From: Anaerohalosphaeraceae bacterium | Lineage (GTDB): Bacteria; Planctomycetota; Phycisphaerae; Sedimentisphaerales; Anaerohalosphaeraceae | Assembly (NCBI GenBank): GCA_963675525.2 | Contig: CAXXSL010000018.1 | Span: forward strand, 1 to 64,000 | Direction of reading: 5' to 3' | Length of the DNA: 64,000 nucleotides | In this document: positions 1-10,589 of the stretch, in pieces | Position numbering within the stretch: position 1 is the stretch's first letter | Layout of the letters: every line of letters begins with the position of its first letter | The notes under the pieces: model-generated | Databases searched by the model: none | Seen by the model: the letters and a program-made list of their open reading frames with translations, nothing else | What the model was told of the DNA's origin: nothing | Program-made: the position numbers and the translations under genes

Positions 1-1237
1 GCGGATTGCGCCCTTTTCGCAAGCCCGCCCGCTGATGCACCCCGAACTTATGCTGCTCATCGATCACCACCAATCCCAGGTTCGCATACTCAATATCCCC
101 CTGCAAAAGCGCCACCGTCCCCACCACAATATCCACTTCGCCGGATTTGATTCGCTCCAATACCGCGCATCGCTTTTTACCGGTAATCCCCCCGACGATT
201 AACTCCCGCTTAACCCGACTGCCTTTCAAAAACCGTTCCATGCTCAAAAAGTGCTGCCGCGCCAAGATCTCCGTCGGCGCCATGATCACCGCCTGGCATT
301 TATTCGCCACCGCCGTCAGTGCCGCATACAGCGCCACCACCGTTTTTCCCGAACCGACATCGCCCTGCAGCAAACGGTTCATCGGAATCGTCTTTGCCAT
401 ATCCGCCACAACCTCGCCGATAACCGTTTCCTGGTCCTCCGTCAAAATAAACGGAAACCGCCGACGAATCCGATGGTCGATGGTCTCATCGCACCGCATC
501 GGTATCGCCGGGTCGCCATGCTGAACATGATACCGCCGCAGCGCCAGCCCAGCCTGCATTAAAAACAATTCATCGTACTTAAGTCGCCGCTTGGCCTGTG
601 CCAAAGCATCCTCATCCGCTGGGTCATGAATCTGCCGATAGGCTTCTTGGCGTGCCATCAGTTCATTTTTCTTCAGGAACGCATCATCAAACAACTCCCC
701 CATCAATGGCGCGATATCGTCGATCTGCGAACGCATGATTTTTTTGATTTGCCAGCTCGCCAGTTTCGCAGTAGCCGGATACACCGCCCCGCTGAACGCC
801 TCGGGCCCGCGCGGCTGGTCGTCCTGCAGAACAATAAACTTCGGATTGCTGAGCTGAAGATGATGTTTATATTTTTTCGCCTTGCCGTGCACCAGCAAAA
901 CCTTGCCCGGCTCAAGCTGATTAATCAGGTACCGCCCGCGAAACCACACCACCCGGATAAACCCCGTATCATCGGCTAAGGTCACCTCAAACATCGGCAC
1001 CTTGCGGTACGGCTGCCAGTCCGTCTGCTCGACAATTCCCACAATGCAAACCGTCTGGTCCGCACGAATATCACTTATCTGCACCGCCTCCGGCAGAAAA
1101 ACCCAGTCCCGCGGGTAATATTCCAGCAAGTCCCACACCGTCGCAACCCCCAACTCACCAAAAGCCCCCGCGCGCGAAGGCCCAACCCCCTTCAAAAACT
1201 GAACCGCCGTCTCTAATGTAATCGCATCTTGCATCAT
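1..1237 (-). CDS. recG: ATP-dependent DNA helicase RecG (5' part; runs off the left edge of the window)
   Basis: Minus-strand translation begins MMQDAITLETAVQFLKGVGPSRA...DLLEYYPRDW and contains Walker A LLQGDVGSGKT and DExH motif VIDEQHKFGV. Missing from the ORF track because it is open at the window edge. Confidence 0.93.
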   Translation of the reverse strand, partial: MMQDAITLETAVQFLKGVGPSRAGAFGELGVATVWDLLEYYPRDWVFLPEAVQISDIRADQTVCIVGIVEQTDWQPYRKVPMFEVTLADDTGFIRVVWFRGRYLINQLEPGKVLLVHGKAKKYKHHLQLSNPKFIVLQDDQPRGPEAFSGAVYPATAKLASWQIKKIMRSQIDDIAPLMGELFDDAFLKKNELMARQEAYRQIHDPADEDALAQAKRRLKYDELFLMQAGLALRRYHVQHGDPAIPMRCDETIDHRIRRRFPFILTEDQETVIGEVVADMAKTIPMNRLLQGDVGSGKTVVALYAALTAVANKCQAVIMAPTEILARQHFLSMERFLKGSRVKRELIVGGITGKKRCAVLERIKSGEVDIVVGTVALLQGDIEYANLGLVVIDEQHKFGVHQRAGLRKGRNP

Positions 1238-1244
1238 ACAACCC

Positions 1245-1273
1245 ATCTTATCCGCGAACTTATCGTGCTGCAA
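1245..1273 (-). promoter_or_regulatory. Putative sigma70 promoter for recG (likely leaderless mRNA)
   Basis: TTGCAG-N17-TAAGAT on the minus strand, ending 7 nt before the ATG at 1237; no SD. Confidence 0.5.
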
Positions 1274-1329
1274 GAACCGTGAGATTTTTTACAGGACTCT
1301 TACGCAAGATTTGACCCGGGAACCAGACA

Positions 1330-1872
1330 CTATATTTCACAAAAACCTTGCCTTTCCAGCAGATAGAGAGGCACATTCGTTTTAACCAAAGGATCATATT
1401 TATCACCAATATGTTGGAAGCCAAGCTTTTCAATAACCCGCAAACTTGAAATATTCCTGGGATGTGCACGTGCAAATACTTTGTCTAACTGCGGCAATCC
1501 AAAACCGGCTTGCAGCACCGCTTGTGCCGCCTCAGTCGCATAGCCTTTGCCCCAGGCATCTTTCAAATATCGATACCCCAATTCGACGCCGTCACAGAAA
1601 CAGTCGTATTTGAGCCAGCAGGCCCCAATGTATCGATTCAATTCTTTAACAACAACCGCTGCCAGACCATATTCATCGTAAACACGTTTAGGCAATAACT
1701 GCGCAAGACGCGCATAGAGTTCATCACGTGAAAGCGATAAGACACTGCCGTCGCCGATATACCGCATCACATCAGGGTCGGTGTTTATCCGATAAATATC
1801 GTCACAATCCGCCAGGACCTCCGGCCTCAACAACAACCTGTCTGTTTCGATTGGCGTTTCAAATAACATCAC
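1330..1872 (-). CDS. GNAT family N-acetyltransferase (RimJ/RimL-like)
   Basis: ETDRLLLRP N-terminus, ELGYRY...WGKGYATEA acetyl-CoA motif, N..SLRVIEKLGF. Confidence 0.9.
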   Translation of the reverse strand: MMLFETPIETDRLLLRPEVLADCDDIYRINTDPDVMRYIGDGSVLSLSRDELYARLAQLLPKRVYDEYGLAAVVVKELNRYIGACWLKYDCFCDGVELGYRYLKDAWGKGYATEAAQAVLQAGFGLPQLDKVFARAHPRNISSLRVIEKLGFQHIGDKYDPLVKTNVPLYLLERQGFCEI

Positions 1873-2039
1873 ATCTACGCCTTGTCCTAGTCAACAAAGA
1901 ATTTATATATAACCAATCATCAAAACCCGGAAAATCTCCTCAATAATGCCCCGAAACAGCGGAATTTGCAACGGATTTCTCTTTTTTGCGTTTGAATAAG
2001 CGGCGGACCTATATGAGCAGATTAACCTGTAGAATCTTT

Positions 2040-3203
2040 TTACCACGTGAATCCATGAATCAATGGATTTCGCACATCGATCTCTTTATAGTGAGTTTGC
2101 CGCTGACCGTCATACCAGACAATTCCGTTGATATTCTTTTGTGCCTTACAGGCATCCTTAAAATGATCAATCCCCGACATGAATTCCGGCTGAAAGGTCT
2201 TCCCCGATTTAATCTCGACAGCAGAAAACACACGGGGCCCCGAAATCAACAAGTCCACTTCATGGCCTTTGGCATCTCGGTAAAAATGCAGGTTGGGCCG
2301 CTCGCCCTGATTCAGGATTCGTTTGACCACTTCCATAATCAACAGGTTTTCATAAAGTGCCCCACGGAGCGGATCCCGTTGGACCTGGCCGGCAGTTTTC
2401 AGATCCAACAGCCACGCGGCCAACCCCACATCGACAAAGTATAGCTTCGATGATTTCATGACACGTTTACGGATGTTCGTAAAATACGGCGGCAGCTCAT
2501 ACAGAATAAACGAGGCCTTCAGTACCGACACCCAGTTTTTAATGGTCACCGAAGAGACCCCGACATCCCCGCCCAATGAGCTGTAATTGACCAACTGTCC
2601 GATCCGGCCGGCTACCAGTCGTAAAAACTCTTCGAATTGCGTCAGATCTTTCAGGTTGATCAAGGCGCGGATATCCCGCTCAACATAAGTCGATAGATAG
2701 GACGCATAAAAACGCCCGGGCCGCAGGTTGTTATCATGCAGCCGAGGATAAAAGCCTTTGATGACCATATCATAAGCCGAATCCGGATCCCGCTTATATT
2801 GGGCAATCTCATCAATCGAAAACGGCAGCAATTCCAGTATCACGGTTCGCCCGGCCAGCGATTGGCTGATGGCCTGATGAACCTGCGGTTGATGGCTGCC
2901 GGTCAGGATAAACCGCCCCGCCTGGGAATGGGCATCGATCGTCCCCTGCAGGTAGCTGAGCAGTTCAGGAACCCGCTGGATTTCATCCAAAATTACACCG
3001 CCTGAAAAACTCGCCAGAAGGCCCTTGGGGTCGGTCTGGGCCTGTCGCCGGACATTCGGTTCTTCCAGCGAGCAATATGAATGCTGGGGAAATGCCATTT
3101 TCGACAATGTCGTTTTGCCCGATTGACGCGGCCCCAGCAGGGTCACCGCCGGATACTCTTTGGCACATGCCAACAACTCGTTTTGAATGCTGCGTGTGAT
3201 CAT
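2040..3203 (-). CDS. AAA+ ATPase with C-terminal DUF4143 (nuclease-like) domain
   Basis: Walker A GPRQSGKT, ILDEIQ, LTGS, KLYFVDVGL, EVDLL..AVEIKSG. Start placed at ATG 3203 from promoter position (track uses 3209). Confidence 0.88.
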   Translation of the reverse strand: MITRSIQNELLACAKEYPAVTLLGPRQSGKTTLSKMAFPQHSYCSLEEPNVRRQAQTDPKGLLASFSGGVILDEIQRVPELLSYLQGTIDAHSQAGRFILTGSHQPQVHQAISQSLAGRTVILELLPFSIDEIAQYKRDPDSAYDMVIKGFYPRLHDNNLRPGRFYASYLSTYVERDIRALINLKDLTQFEEFLRLVAGRIGQLVNYSSLGGDVGVSSVTIKNWVSVLKASFILYELPPYFTNIRKRVMKSSKLYFVDVGLAAWLLDLKTAGQVQRDPLRGALYENLLIMEVVKRILNQGERPNLHFYRDAKGHEVDLLISGPRVFSAVEIKSGKTFQPEFMSGIDHFKDACKAQKNINGIVWYDGQRQTHYKEIDVRNPLIHGFTW

Positions 3204-3209
3204 AGGCAT

Positions 3210-3237
3210 ATTATAACCTATATCGTGTATATTTCAA
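3210..3237 (-). promoter_or_regulatory. Sigma70 promoter for the AAA/DUF4143 gene (leaderless)
   Basis: TTGAAA-N16-TATAAT on the minus strand, 6 nt before ATG 3203. Confidence 0.6.
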
Positions 3238-3343
3238 GTACAACTTTAATATTGCACAGATTTATATTTATCTATTACCACTATTCGCTCTTGGTCTACC
3301 CCCGTTTTCTGTACCTGTGATTGCGCCAACGAGACAAGGCCTA

Positions 3344-3372
3344 TTGTATTGAGACGTCTTTTATGGTATAAT
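3344..3372 (+). promoter_or_regulatory. Sigma70 promoter for the 3430 gene
   Basis: TTGTAT-N17-TATAAT with extended -10 TG. Confidence 0.55.
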
Positions 3373-3429
3373 GATATGATTAAGCCGTGTTTCGCGTCCG
3401 ATAAATCTCCGGCTGTTATGGGGTCGTAA

Positions 3430-5601
3430 ATGATTCGCAAAATCTGTCCAGTCATATTTCTGCTTGCCGCCTGCTGTGTCCTGCACGCACGCCCCCTCAA
3501 CATCATCATCGTCACCGGCACGGACAGTTCCGAAGACGGCTATGCCGAGTTCCTGCGCGACATCTACATGGATAATGCGAATGTAGAAATCGATGACAAC
3601 CGGTATCAGGAACCCCTCAACGACACCGAAAAGCAAGAACTGCTCGGCGCGGACCTGATTATTGTCTCCAGCGACAACTCCGGCGGAGATTATGACAACG
3701 ATTCCGCTTTCTGGGCCTCATTGCCGGTTCCCATTTTGAGCCATAACATCGGCGTATGCCGAAGTGATAATCATGAGAACTGGGACTGGTTCGGCAGCGA
3801 CAAAATCAAGGTCTTTATTTCCGAATTTTATCCCATCGACCCCAACGACCCCATCTTCGACGGAATTGACCTTACCGCCGGAAGTGTCACGCTTTTCGAT
3901 TCAGTATTCGAGTTCTTCGTACCCGACGACGATCCTTACACAGGCAACGGCACGCCTTTGGCAGTCAACAGCTCAGGTCGGTCCGTCATCGTCCGCTTCG
4001 ACGGAAACGAACCCAATTACTACGACGGTTCGCTATATAATCCCAATAATACCCCGCGGATCTATTTCGCATTGCCCAATGAACCCGCGACCTTTTTTGA
4101 AAATGCAACGCCCGCGGCCAAACAGCTTCTGCGCAACGCCGTTACCGCCCTGCTCCCGGAATGCTGGCTGCCGGGAGACATCGATTGCGACCGTGACGTG
4201 GACATGAGTGACTTTTCAGGATTGGCTGTCGACTGGCAAAGCCAGGTACCTCTGCAGAGCGACCCTCCGCTGACGGATATCATTGTGGACGGACAGGTCA
4301 ATATCGATGACTTCGCGGTACTGGCAATGTTCTGGCTCGAAGGCTTTGATAATACACCCCCGTCACCCGACCCTTCCGAATGGACGGATATCCCTGCGAT
4401 ACAGGACGGCAGCTTCATACAAATGAAGATCAACAACTCTGACGACGACCTCCACGGCGTTCAATACAATTTTGAGTGTCTCGAAAACGCCCTCTATTCC
4501 AGCGGCTGGCAATACGACAGGGAATATTTCCCCGCCAATCTCCCGATAGGTGCCGATCTGTCCTTCCGGGCCAAAACACGCGACACCTCCAGCCGGCTCA
4601 ACGAAACGTTTCCCTCATCAATCCAAACCGTCCGGACCGACGGCCTTTTCTACTATTCCGCCGATGCTTCAGCCGCCGTCGCATTGGATGACCACCGCTT
4701 CATCATGGCCGATGATGAATTCAATATCCTGCAGGTTTACAACTGGGACGCGCCTGCTTCCAACCCGAATCGCCAAACGGATGTCTCCGCCGCGATTGCC
4801 GTTGATCCGTTCCACCCGGAAGCCGACATCGAAGGTGCAACCTGGTACAACGGCCGCGTCTTCTGGATCACCTCGCACGGCCGCAGTCGGGATGGTGATT
4901 ACTGGCCAAGCCGGTATCGTTTTTTTGCCGCAACCATCGCCCCGGACGGATCCGCTACGGTCGATGGCGTCTATGCCGACCTGATCGACGACCTGATACA
5001 GTACGACAGAATCTGGAATCTCGGTCTCGAAGCCGCCATCGGCACGATCGGCGACCATATCAACCCCGCAACCATCCCGGATCTGGCTCCAAAGATCAAC
5101 GGCCTGAACATCGAAGGGCTGTGTACCACTGCCGACGGGTCTAAAATGCTGATTGGCTTGCGAAACCCCAGACCTGAAATCGACGGCAAAATCATGGCGC
5201 TGGTCATTCCGCTGGCCAATCCTGAAGCGGTGGTTCTAACCGGCGCTGACCCCAATCTCGAAGCACCCCTATTCATCGACCTCAACGACCTGGGCATTCG
5301 CAGCATCGAATACAGCCCCAACATCGGCGAATACCTCATCGTCGCCGGCTCGCACTTGGGCACCGAACACGACCCGGTGCAGTATCTTTATAATTACAGT
5401 TTTATCACAGAGGACAAAGACAAACTCGCCACCTTCTCAGATATCACGCCGGAAGCCGTCTTCCAGTTCCCCGACGCCAACGATATCAACCTGCTCAGCG
5501 ACGACGGCACCCTCCTGATCGACACCCCCGAAGGCCCGATAGAGAACAAACTCCTCCCCCGCCCGCAAAGAACCTGCCGCACACGAACCATCCAACCATA
5601 G
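3430..5601 (+). CDS. Secreted protein with dockerin-like pair and C-terminal DUF3616 beta-propeller-like domain
   Basis: Signal peptide; GDIDCDRDVD..DF / DGQVNIDDF..WL dockerin-like motifs; DASAA, ADDE, DIEGA, ITSHGR, GLNIEGL, GLRNP motifs typical of DUF3616. Confidence 0.75.
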   Translation: MIRKICPVIFLLAACCVLHARPLNIIIVTGTDSSEDGYAEFLRDIYMDNANVEIDDNRYQEPLNDTEKQELLGADLIIVSSDNSGGDYDNDSAFWASLPVPILSHNIGVCRSDNHENWDWFGSDKIKVFISEFYPIDPNDPIFDGIDLTAGSVTLFDSVFEFFVPDDDPYTGNGTPLAVNSSGRSVIVRFDGNEPNYYDGSLYNPNNTPRIYFALPNEPATFFENATPAAKQLLRNAVTALLPECWLPGDIDCDRDVDMSDFSGLAVDWQSQVPLQSDPPLTDIIVDGQVNIDDFAVLAMFWLEGFDNTPPSPDPSEWTDIPAIQDGSFIQMKINNSDDDLHGVQYNFECLENALYSSGWQYDREYFPANLPIGADLSFRAKTRDTSSRLNETFPSSIQTVRTDGLFYYSADASAAVALDDHRFIMADDEFNILQVYNWDAPASNPNRQTDVSAAIAVDPFHPEADIEGATWYNGRVFWITSHGRSRDGDYWPSRYRFFAATIAPDGSATVDGVYADLIDDLIQYDRIWNLGLEAAIGTIGDHINPATIPDLAPKINGLNIEGLCTTADGSKMLIGLRNPRPEIDGKIMALVIPLANPEAVVLTGADPNLEAPLFIDLNDLGIRSIEYSPNIGEYLIVAGSHLGTEHDPVQYLYNYSFITEDKDKLATFSDITPEAVFQFPDANDINLLSDDGTLLIDTPEGPIENKLLPRPQRTCRTRTIQP
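5545..5588 (+). repeat. 44-bp direct repeat, copy 1 (3' end of the DUF3616 gene)
   Basis: aacaaactcctcccccgcccgcaaagaacctgccgcacacgaac, identical to 10216-10259. Confidence 0.95.
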
Positions 5602-5661
5602 TCTTTTTTGGAATCTATCCCCGGAAATTAGATGCAGGGACAAAATGGGGGCGAGGATTGA

Positions 5662-7158
5662 TCAATAACACGTATCTGCTGAACTGGCAACGTTGTACCT
5701 GTCAAGGAAGGGCTGTTTTGTTACGTCAACTCCGGCTGGTATTACCATTGAGAACACCGAGCCTTTACCCACTTCACTGACTAAAGTTAGCTCTCCTCCG
5801 AGAAGTTCCGTTAATTGCTTGGTGATCGTCAACCCTAATCCTGTTCCGCCATATTTGCGAGAAGTACTCCCATCAGCTTGAGTGAATGATTCAAATATAG
5901 CTGCCTGTCTTTCTTCAGGGATCCCGATACCTGTGTCCTCAACGTCAAAGCGAATAAATGGTTGATTGTCTCTATCTTCCAGAAAAACACTTAGGTAGAT
6001 GTGTCCTCTTTCAGTAAATTTGACGGCATTATTTATCAGATTAATTAAACATTGCTGCAAACGAGCCTGGTCAGTATGGATATTGGCAGGGAGACCACTG
6101 TCTTCTCGAATCTCAAATGTCAGATTTTTGTCTGTTGTTATCCCCGATATCATATTTTCAATAATAGTCAAAGTCTCTCCGAGAGAACAGCTACGCTTCT
6201 CAACATCTAATTTCCCGGCTTCAATTTTGGAAAAATCCAAAATGTCATTTATGATTTGCAGCAGGTGCTTACTGCTGGTGCAAATAATATTAAGATAATC
6301 AGTCTGATCGACTGTCAGGCCTTCGTCTAACAAAAGAGTGGCGAAACCCACAACCGCATTCATCGGCGTGCGAATTTCGTGGCTCATATTGGCCAGAAAA
6401 TGGCTTTTAGCAACATTGGCCGCCTCAGATTCTTGTTTGGCTTTTTTTAATTCTGTGTCTCGCTTATAGATTTGTTCCAACATGTCATTAAATGAGTCGA
6501 TCAGCTGCCCCACTTCATCATTGTGTGTCTTTTGAGCTCGAACAGTATAGTCTTTCTGTGCTGAAATGGCATTCGCAGTATTTGCCAAATTAAGAATCGG
6601 CACAGAAATGACTTTCTGGAGCTTGGAGGCCAAAAACCAGGACATCAGAATACTGAGAAGAATGGTTGCAACGATGGCTGTTATCGCATCATTGACAGTT
6701 GCATATAAATAACTTAGATCGGAGCGAAGACAAAGCAAGCCGACTATTTCATTGTCGAGTTTAATGTCTTTGAATACGGTCAAAAAATCATCTTCAAAAA
6801 GACAGCCCTCTTCGGCCAGCTGTAAGGGCCTGACTGAGTGATCAACATCTTCGCGGTAATAGGCTGCAAAGAGTTCGCCGCCTTTCACATACACACCGAT
6901 ATAAACAACGGACGGCTTCAGCTTAAACGAGGCTAACGTCCGTTCGACATCTTCAACATTTTTGAACGCAAGGGCCACGTTACAGTTTTCTGCCATGATC
7001 TCCGCATCCGCTAACATCTCATTGACCATGGAATCTCGAAAACTGTGATGCATGAATCTAAATAATACAGTACCTGTTAGCGTCAGCGCAGATAAACACA
7101 CAACAATAATAATGGAAACAAGCTTGCTTTTTATTGTCATGTTCCGTATGTTAACCAT
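5662..7158 (-). CDS. Membrane sensor histidine kinase (periplasmic CHASE8-like, HAMP, HisKA, HATPase)
   Basis: Two TM segments, HAMP (DEVGQL..SFN.ML), [37 protein letters not shown]; no receiver domain. Confidence 0.93.
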   Translation of the reverse strand: MVNIRNMTIKSKLVSIIIVVCLSALTLTGTVLFRFMHHSFRDSMVNEMLADAEIMAENCNVALAFKNVEDVERTLASFKLKPSVVYIGVYVKGGELFAAYYREDVDHSVRPLQLAEEGCLFEDDFLTVFKDIKLDNEIVGLLCLRSDLSYLYATVNDAITAIVATILLSILMSWFLASKLQKVISVPILNLANTANAISAQKDYTVRAQKTHNDEVGQLIDSFNDMLEQIYKRDTELKKAKQESEAANVAKSHFLANMSHEIRTPMNAVVGFATLLLDEGLTVDQTDYLNIICTSSKHLLQIINDILDFSKIEAGKLDVEKRSCSLGETLTIIENMISGITTDKNLTFEIREDSGLPANIHTDQARLQQCLINLINNAVKFTERGHIYLSVFLEDRDNQPFIRFDVEDTGIGIPEERQAAIFESFTQADGSTSRKYGGTGLGLTITKQLTELLGGELTLVSEVGKGSVFSMVIPAGVDVTKQPFLDRYNVASSADTCY

Positions 7159-7171
7159 AATCCATCCTGTC

Positions 7172-7798
7172 TTACTTCTCGGCGCTGATCACACGTTTGG
7201 CAATGCGGAGAATCTTCGAACTGATCGTCAATTCGGCTTTTTCCAGTGTTATAAGATTAACTTCAAATTCCCCTTTAGAAGCTCCGGGGATAAAATTGAT
7301 TATTCCGCCGTTTTCCACAAAGCCGTCAACTTCACTGACGGTTAACACATGACCGTTTTCAACGACCTTCAAAATATCTCTGAAGAAATGAACTTCAGAA
7401 GAACAGATAAACAAAGCATGACATTGGCGAAGTGATGCCAGGTCATAGTCGGACAAATCCGGTTTTCCGGCTTTATTCTTTTGACGCTCGGAAAATCCGC
7501 TGAAGTATTTAATGACCAGTATCCGATCTTTGACTATCTGATTTTCAATGGGGCCAAATGCATCACCAAACGGATTTTTTCCGATAATCCCGATGGTAAT
7601 TTTCTCGGAATCCCTGTCCATCGTCTCTTTGGGCCATTCGGCGGTTTTGATGAAATTGTATAGAAAAGCAGCCTTGATTTTATATTCGCGCGGCGTCTCT
7701 GTTTCGGCTGATGCAGATAAACAATAAGCCGACAGCAGCAACAGTCCGCCGAAAATGACAAAAATAGCGTTTTGTTTTTTCATCGTCATAAAGATCAT
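7172..7798 (-). CDS. YfiR/HmsC family periplasmic regulator (DUF4154)
   Basis: [35 protein letters not shown]...ISSKILRIA; start approximate (7798, 7789 or 7783). Confidence 0.88.
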   Translation of the reverse strand: MIFMTMKKQNAIFVIFGGLLLLSAYCLSASAETETPREYKIKAAFLYNFIKTAEWPKETMDRDSEKITIGIIGKNPFGDAFGPIENQIVKDRILVIKYFSGFSERQKNKAGKPDLSDYDLASLRQCHALFICSSEVHFFRDILKVVENGHVLTVSEVDGFVENGGIINFIPGASKGEFEVNLITLEKAELTISSKILRIAKRVISAEK

Positions 7799-7808
7799 GC
7801 TGTCCCGG

Positions 7809-9851
7809 TTAAAACTGATACTGCATTCTCGCAAAGAATGTCCGGCCCGGTGTATCATGGGCAGTGATTGAACCTGTACCAAAAATAGGAGCAATCGTTT
7901 TATTCAGCACATCTTTCACACCCACCATAAATTCACCATTGCCTTTTGCAAAGGGTCTGGCAAATGTCAAATCCAGTCGATTATTTGTCGGAATTTCACC
8001 CCAGGCCGGATTTCCGTAGGTTTCCATGTGATCATTATAACTGTAATTAACATTCATCATCCAATCGTACGATAAACTGTGTCGGAACCTTAAGCCCGCT
8101 TTATTTTTCGACGGATACGCCGACCGAATCGACTGGTCGCTTTGATCGGTCTGGAGCCCATTAAAGCTATACCAAGCGGATAGCTGCCCCTTTTTCAGGT
8201 GTTTGGACACCTCACACTCAACACCATATCCTTTGGCCCCGTCGATGTTTGCCAAACGCGTGACACCCGCGGTTGTGACACCGCCGATAAGATGCGTAAA
8301 CCGTTGATAGTACGTATCAACCCGAAGCGTTAAGTCTTCATCAAGCTTTCCATGATAACCCGCCTCAAGCGCCCAGGTTTCCTCATTTTTTAAATCCTCT
8401 AAAGGAACGGCATAATTTACGGCAAAAACCGGACCGCCAAGCGGAATACGGGAAATGGATGCTTTTCGGAAACCAACTGCCGGGGCACGGTATGCTTTGG
8501 CCGCACTGAGTCTTAAAGTATGATCGCCTGCTTCATCCAACGCATACAGCATGCTGCCCCTTGCTGACCAGTCCCGCTCCGTTCCGGAGTACCAATCCGT
8601 CCGAAGTTGTCCTTCCAGGGTCAGGCGCTCATTGATATCATAGCGGTCCACCAAAAATAAACCTGCCCAGTCTTCCTCAAACGGCTCTCCGTTGAGTTGA
8701 ACACTTTGGACACTGGGCGAATCCACGGTCAGCCTAAAGTATCGTAAGTTTCCGCCAAAACTAAGATTGTGATTGTCACTGATTTGATGATTAATTTGTG
8801 CTTCGATGTCATTTTCACTGGTTGCATAGCGATCGGTCAACACTTTCTCATGTGTGGTATAGAAGTTTCCATACCACTGTAAAGATACGGACGTAGCGTC
8901 ACTAATCTCATGATCCATGCGTGTGAAAAACCGGCTCCAACTCGTCAAACCATTTCTTCCCGGAAAATACCCCGTGAGTTCATAATCTCCAATATGGATA
9001 TTTGAATAGGATGCCCCTGTGGTCCACGTCGTTGACTCGGACTCCTTATACTTAAGTTCCGTATCAAAATACCAGTTCCGTGAAAAATCACGGGTCTGGA
9101 AAGAACTGTATCCCATGGAGGGAATGGCGGTCAGGGCTGGGCTGCCGGAAATATAATCGCCGGCCCCGGCGTCATCAGAGGTTTCTCTGTCCAGGTAGCC
9201 GACCGATGCACGCCAGGCTATTTTATCATTACGGTGACCATAGCGAAGATGGGAATAGGAATCGCCGAAATCGTTAAATGTGGTCGATCCCCAGAAACCC
9301 GTTACATCCTCAGGTTCTTTCATGATAATATTGATCACGCCGGTGAAAGCATTCGCGCCCCAGGCCGCGCCGCCGGGACCTCTGACAATTTCGATGCGCT
9401 GGATATCTTCCACCAGAATAGGCAGTCTGTTCCATTCCATTCCGCCAAACGCCGGATTGTTACACACGCGACCATCTACCAGGACCAGCGTACGGTCTGA
9501 GGTGGTGTCGTGCAACCCTCTGACCCCTGCGCCATACTGGTTGCGGTCGAATTGCAAAACATCCACGCCGAGGTAAAATCGCAGGATGTCGGGTATTTCG
9601 GTCAAACCGCTGTAATGGATATCATCTGCGGTAATGACTGTGACGGGAACCGATAATTTATCGGCGGATTGTTTCAGCCTGGACGCCGATACGATCTCAT
9701 ACGGCTGTTCCACTAACTCATCCAGCGGCATGTTGAAAAAATCCTCTTCCTGTGCTTCGGATTCTGCCAGAGCAACCGTGTTTACCACTAACAACGACAG
9801 AAAAACAATGCAGAACAACTTTCCCGTGCTTAATTGAATTCGCTCTACCAT
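7809..9851 (-). CDS. TonB-dependent receptor
   Basis: Plug domain (SASR..Q...PV.VITADDI, LVLVDGR, IQRIEIVRGPG.A.WGANA..GVINII), C-terminal GRTFFARMQYQF; start approximate. Confidence 0.92.
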   Translation of the reverse strand: MVERIQLSTGKLFCIVFLSLLVVNTVALAESEAQEEDFFNMPLDELVEQPYEIVSASRLKQSADKLSVPVTVITADDIHYSGLTEIPDILRFYLGVDVLQFDRNQYGAGVRGLHDTTSDRTLVLVDGRVCNNPAFGGMEWNRLPILVEDIQRIEIVRGPGGAAWGANAFTGVINIIMKEPEDVTGFWGSTTFNDFGDSYSHLRYGHRNDKIAWRASVGYLDRETSDDAGAGDYISGSPALTAIPSMGYSSFQTRDFSRNWYFDTELKYKESESTTWTTGASYSNIHIGDYELTGYFPGRNGLTSWSRFFTRMDHEISDATSVSLQWYGNFYTTHEKVLTDRYATSENDIEAQINHQISDNHNLSFGGNLRYFRLTVDSPSVQSVQLNGEPFEEDWAGLFLVDRYDINERLTLEGQLRTDWYSGTERDWSARGSMLYALDEAGDHTLRLSAAKAYRAPAVGFRKASISRIPLGGPVFAVNYAVPLEDLKNEETWALEAGYHGKLDEDLTLRVDTYYQRFTHLIGGVTTAGVTRLANIDGAKGYGVECEVSKHLKKGQLSAWYSFNGLQTDQSDQSIRSAYPSKNKAGLRFRHSLSYDWMMNVNYSYNDHMETYGNPAWGEIPTNNRLDLTFARPFAKGNGEFMVGVKDVLNKTIAPIFGTGSITAHDTPGRTFFARMQYQF

Positions 9852-10179
9852 GGTTATTTCCTCTACGCTTAAATCTTCTATCATGAATGATTGTGATTTG
9901 CCGACATTCAAGGTACGTTTAAGTTTCGTCAATAAAAGAGCATGGTTTAATTAGATTTAGGGTATATTTATGAATTCTAAAAAAAAAACGTACAAAAACC
10001 AAAATTAGCCCTGCGGCTTTCTATGTAAACTATTTTTAGGAAATGAGTTAAAAGAAAAAATCTAAAAGGAACGTTAAGGCCAAAAAACAATCCGTACTTA
10101 TACTGATTGTCCCATAATAAACTTATTTCTTGATAAAATGTATCTTGATTTTGTGCGGTCAAATATTATTCTATTATGA

Positions 10180-10272
10180 CACATCGGCACCGAAACAAAA
10201 CCGGTCTGGGTCATAAACAAACTCCTCCCCCGCCCGCAAAGAACCTGCCGCACACGAACGAGAAAGCCATAG
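10180..10272 (+). pseudogene. Degenerate second copy of the DUF3616 gene 3' end, containing direct repeat copy 2 (10216-10259)
   Basis: Translates HIGTETKPVW-VI-NKLLPRPQRTCRTRTRKP* versus HLGTEHDPVQ...NKLLPRPQRTCRTRTIQP* in the intact gene. Confidence 0.75.
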
Positions 10273-10589
10273 CCCTCGCCCGAACTGCCTAACCGTAAAC
10301 CTTCATTTATTCCATTATTTTTTATATTTTTAAGAAATTCGGGCTTCCACACCCCAAATGGCATCTAATTTCCACAGAAATGTCCCATAAAAACCTCGAA
10401 ATTGCTTTCGTTTTTTGTGCTTTTTCCTATATTAATAGTAAAAAGCGATGAAATTCAGTCAAGAAAACATAGCCTAAACATCGAAATAGAAAGATAGATA
10501 CGGCTCTTTGTCTGTAAATAGCGAAGAGAAGTTGAGGTATTAGTATGTCTTGAATTTGGTTGTATAGACTTATATGACAGGAGAGTGCT

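Noticed and set aside
147..979. Plus-strand ORFs of 100-125 aa
   Set aside because: These are antisense shadows of recG; the same applies to most short overlapping ORFs in the track.
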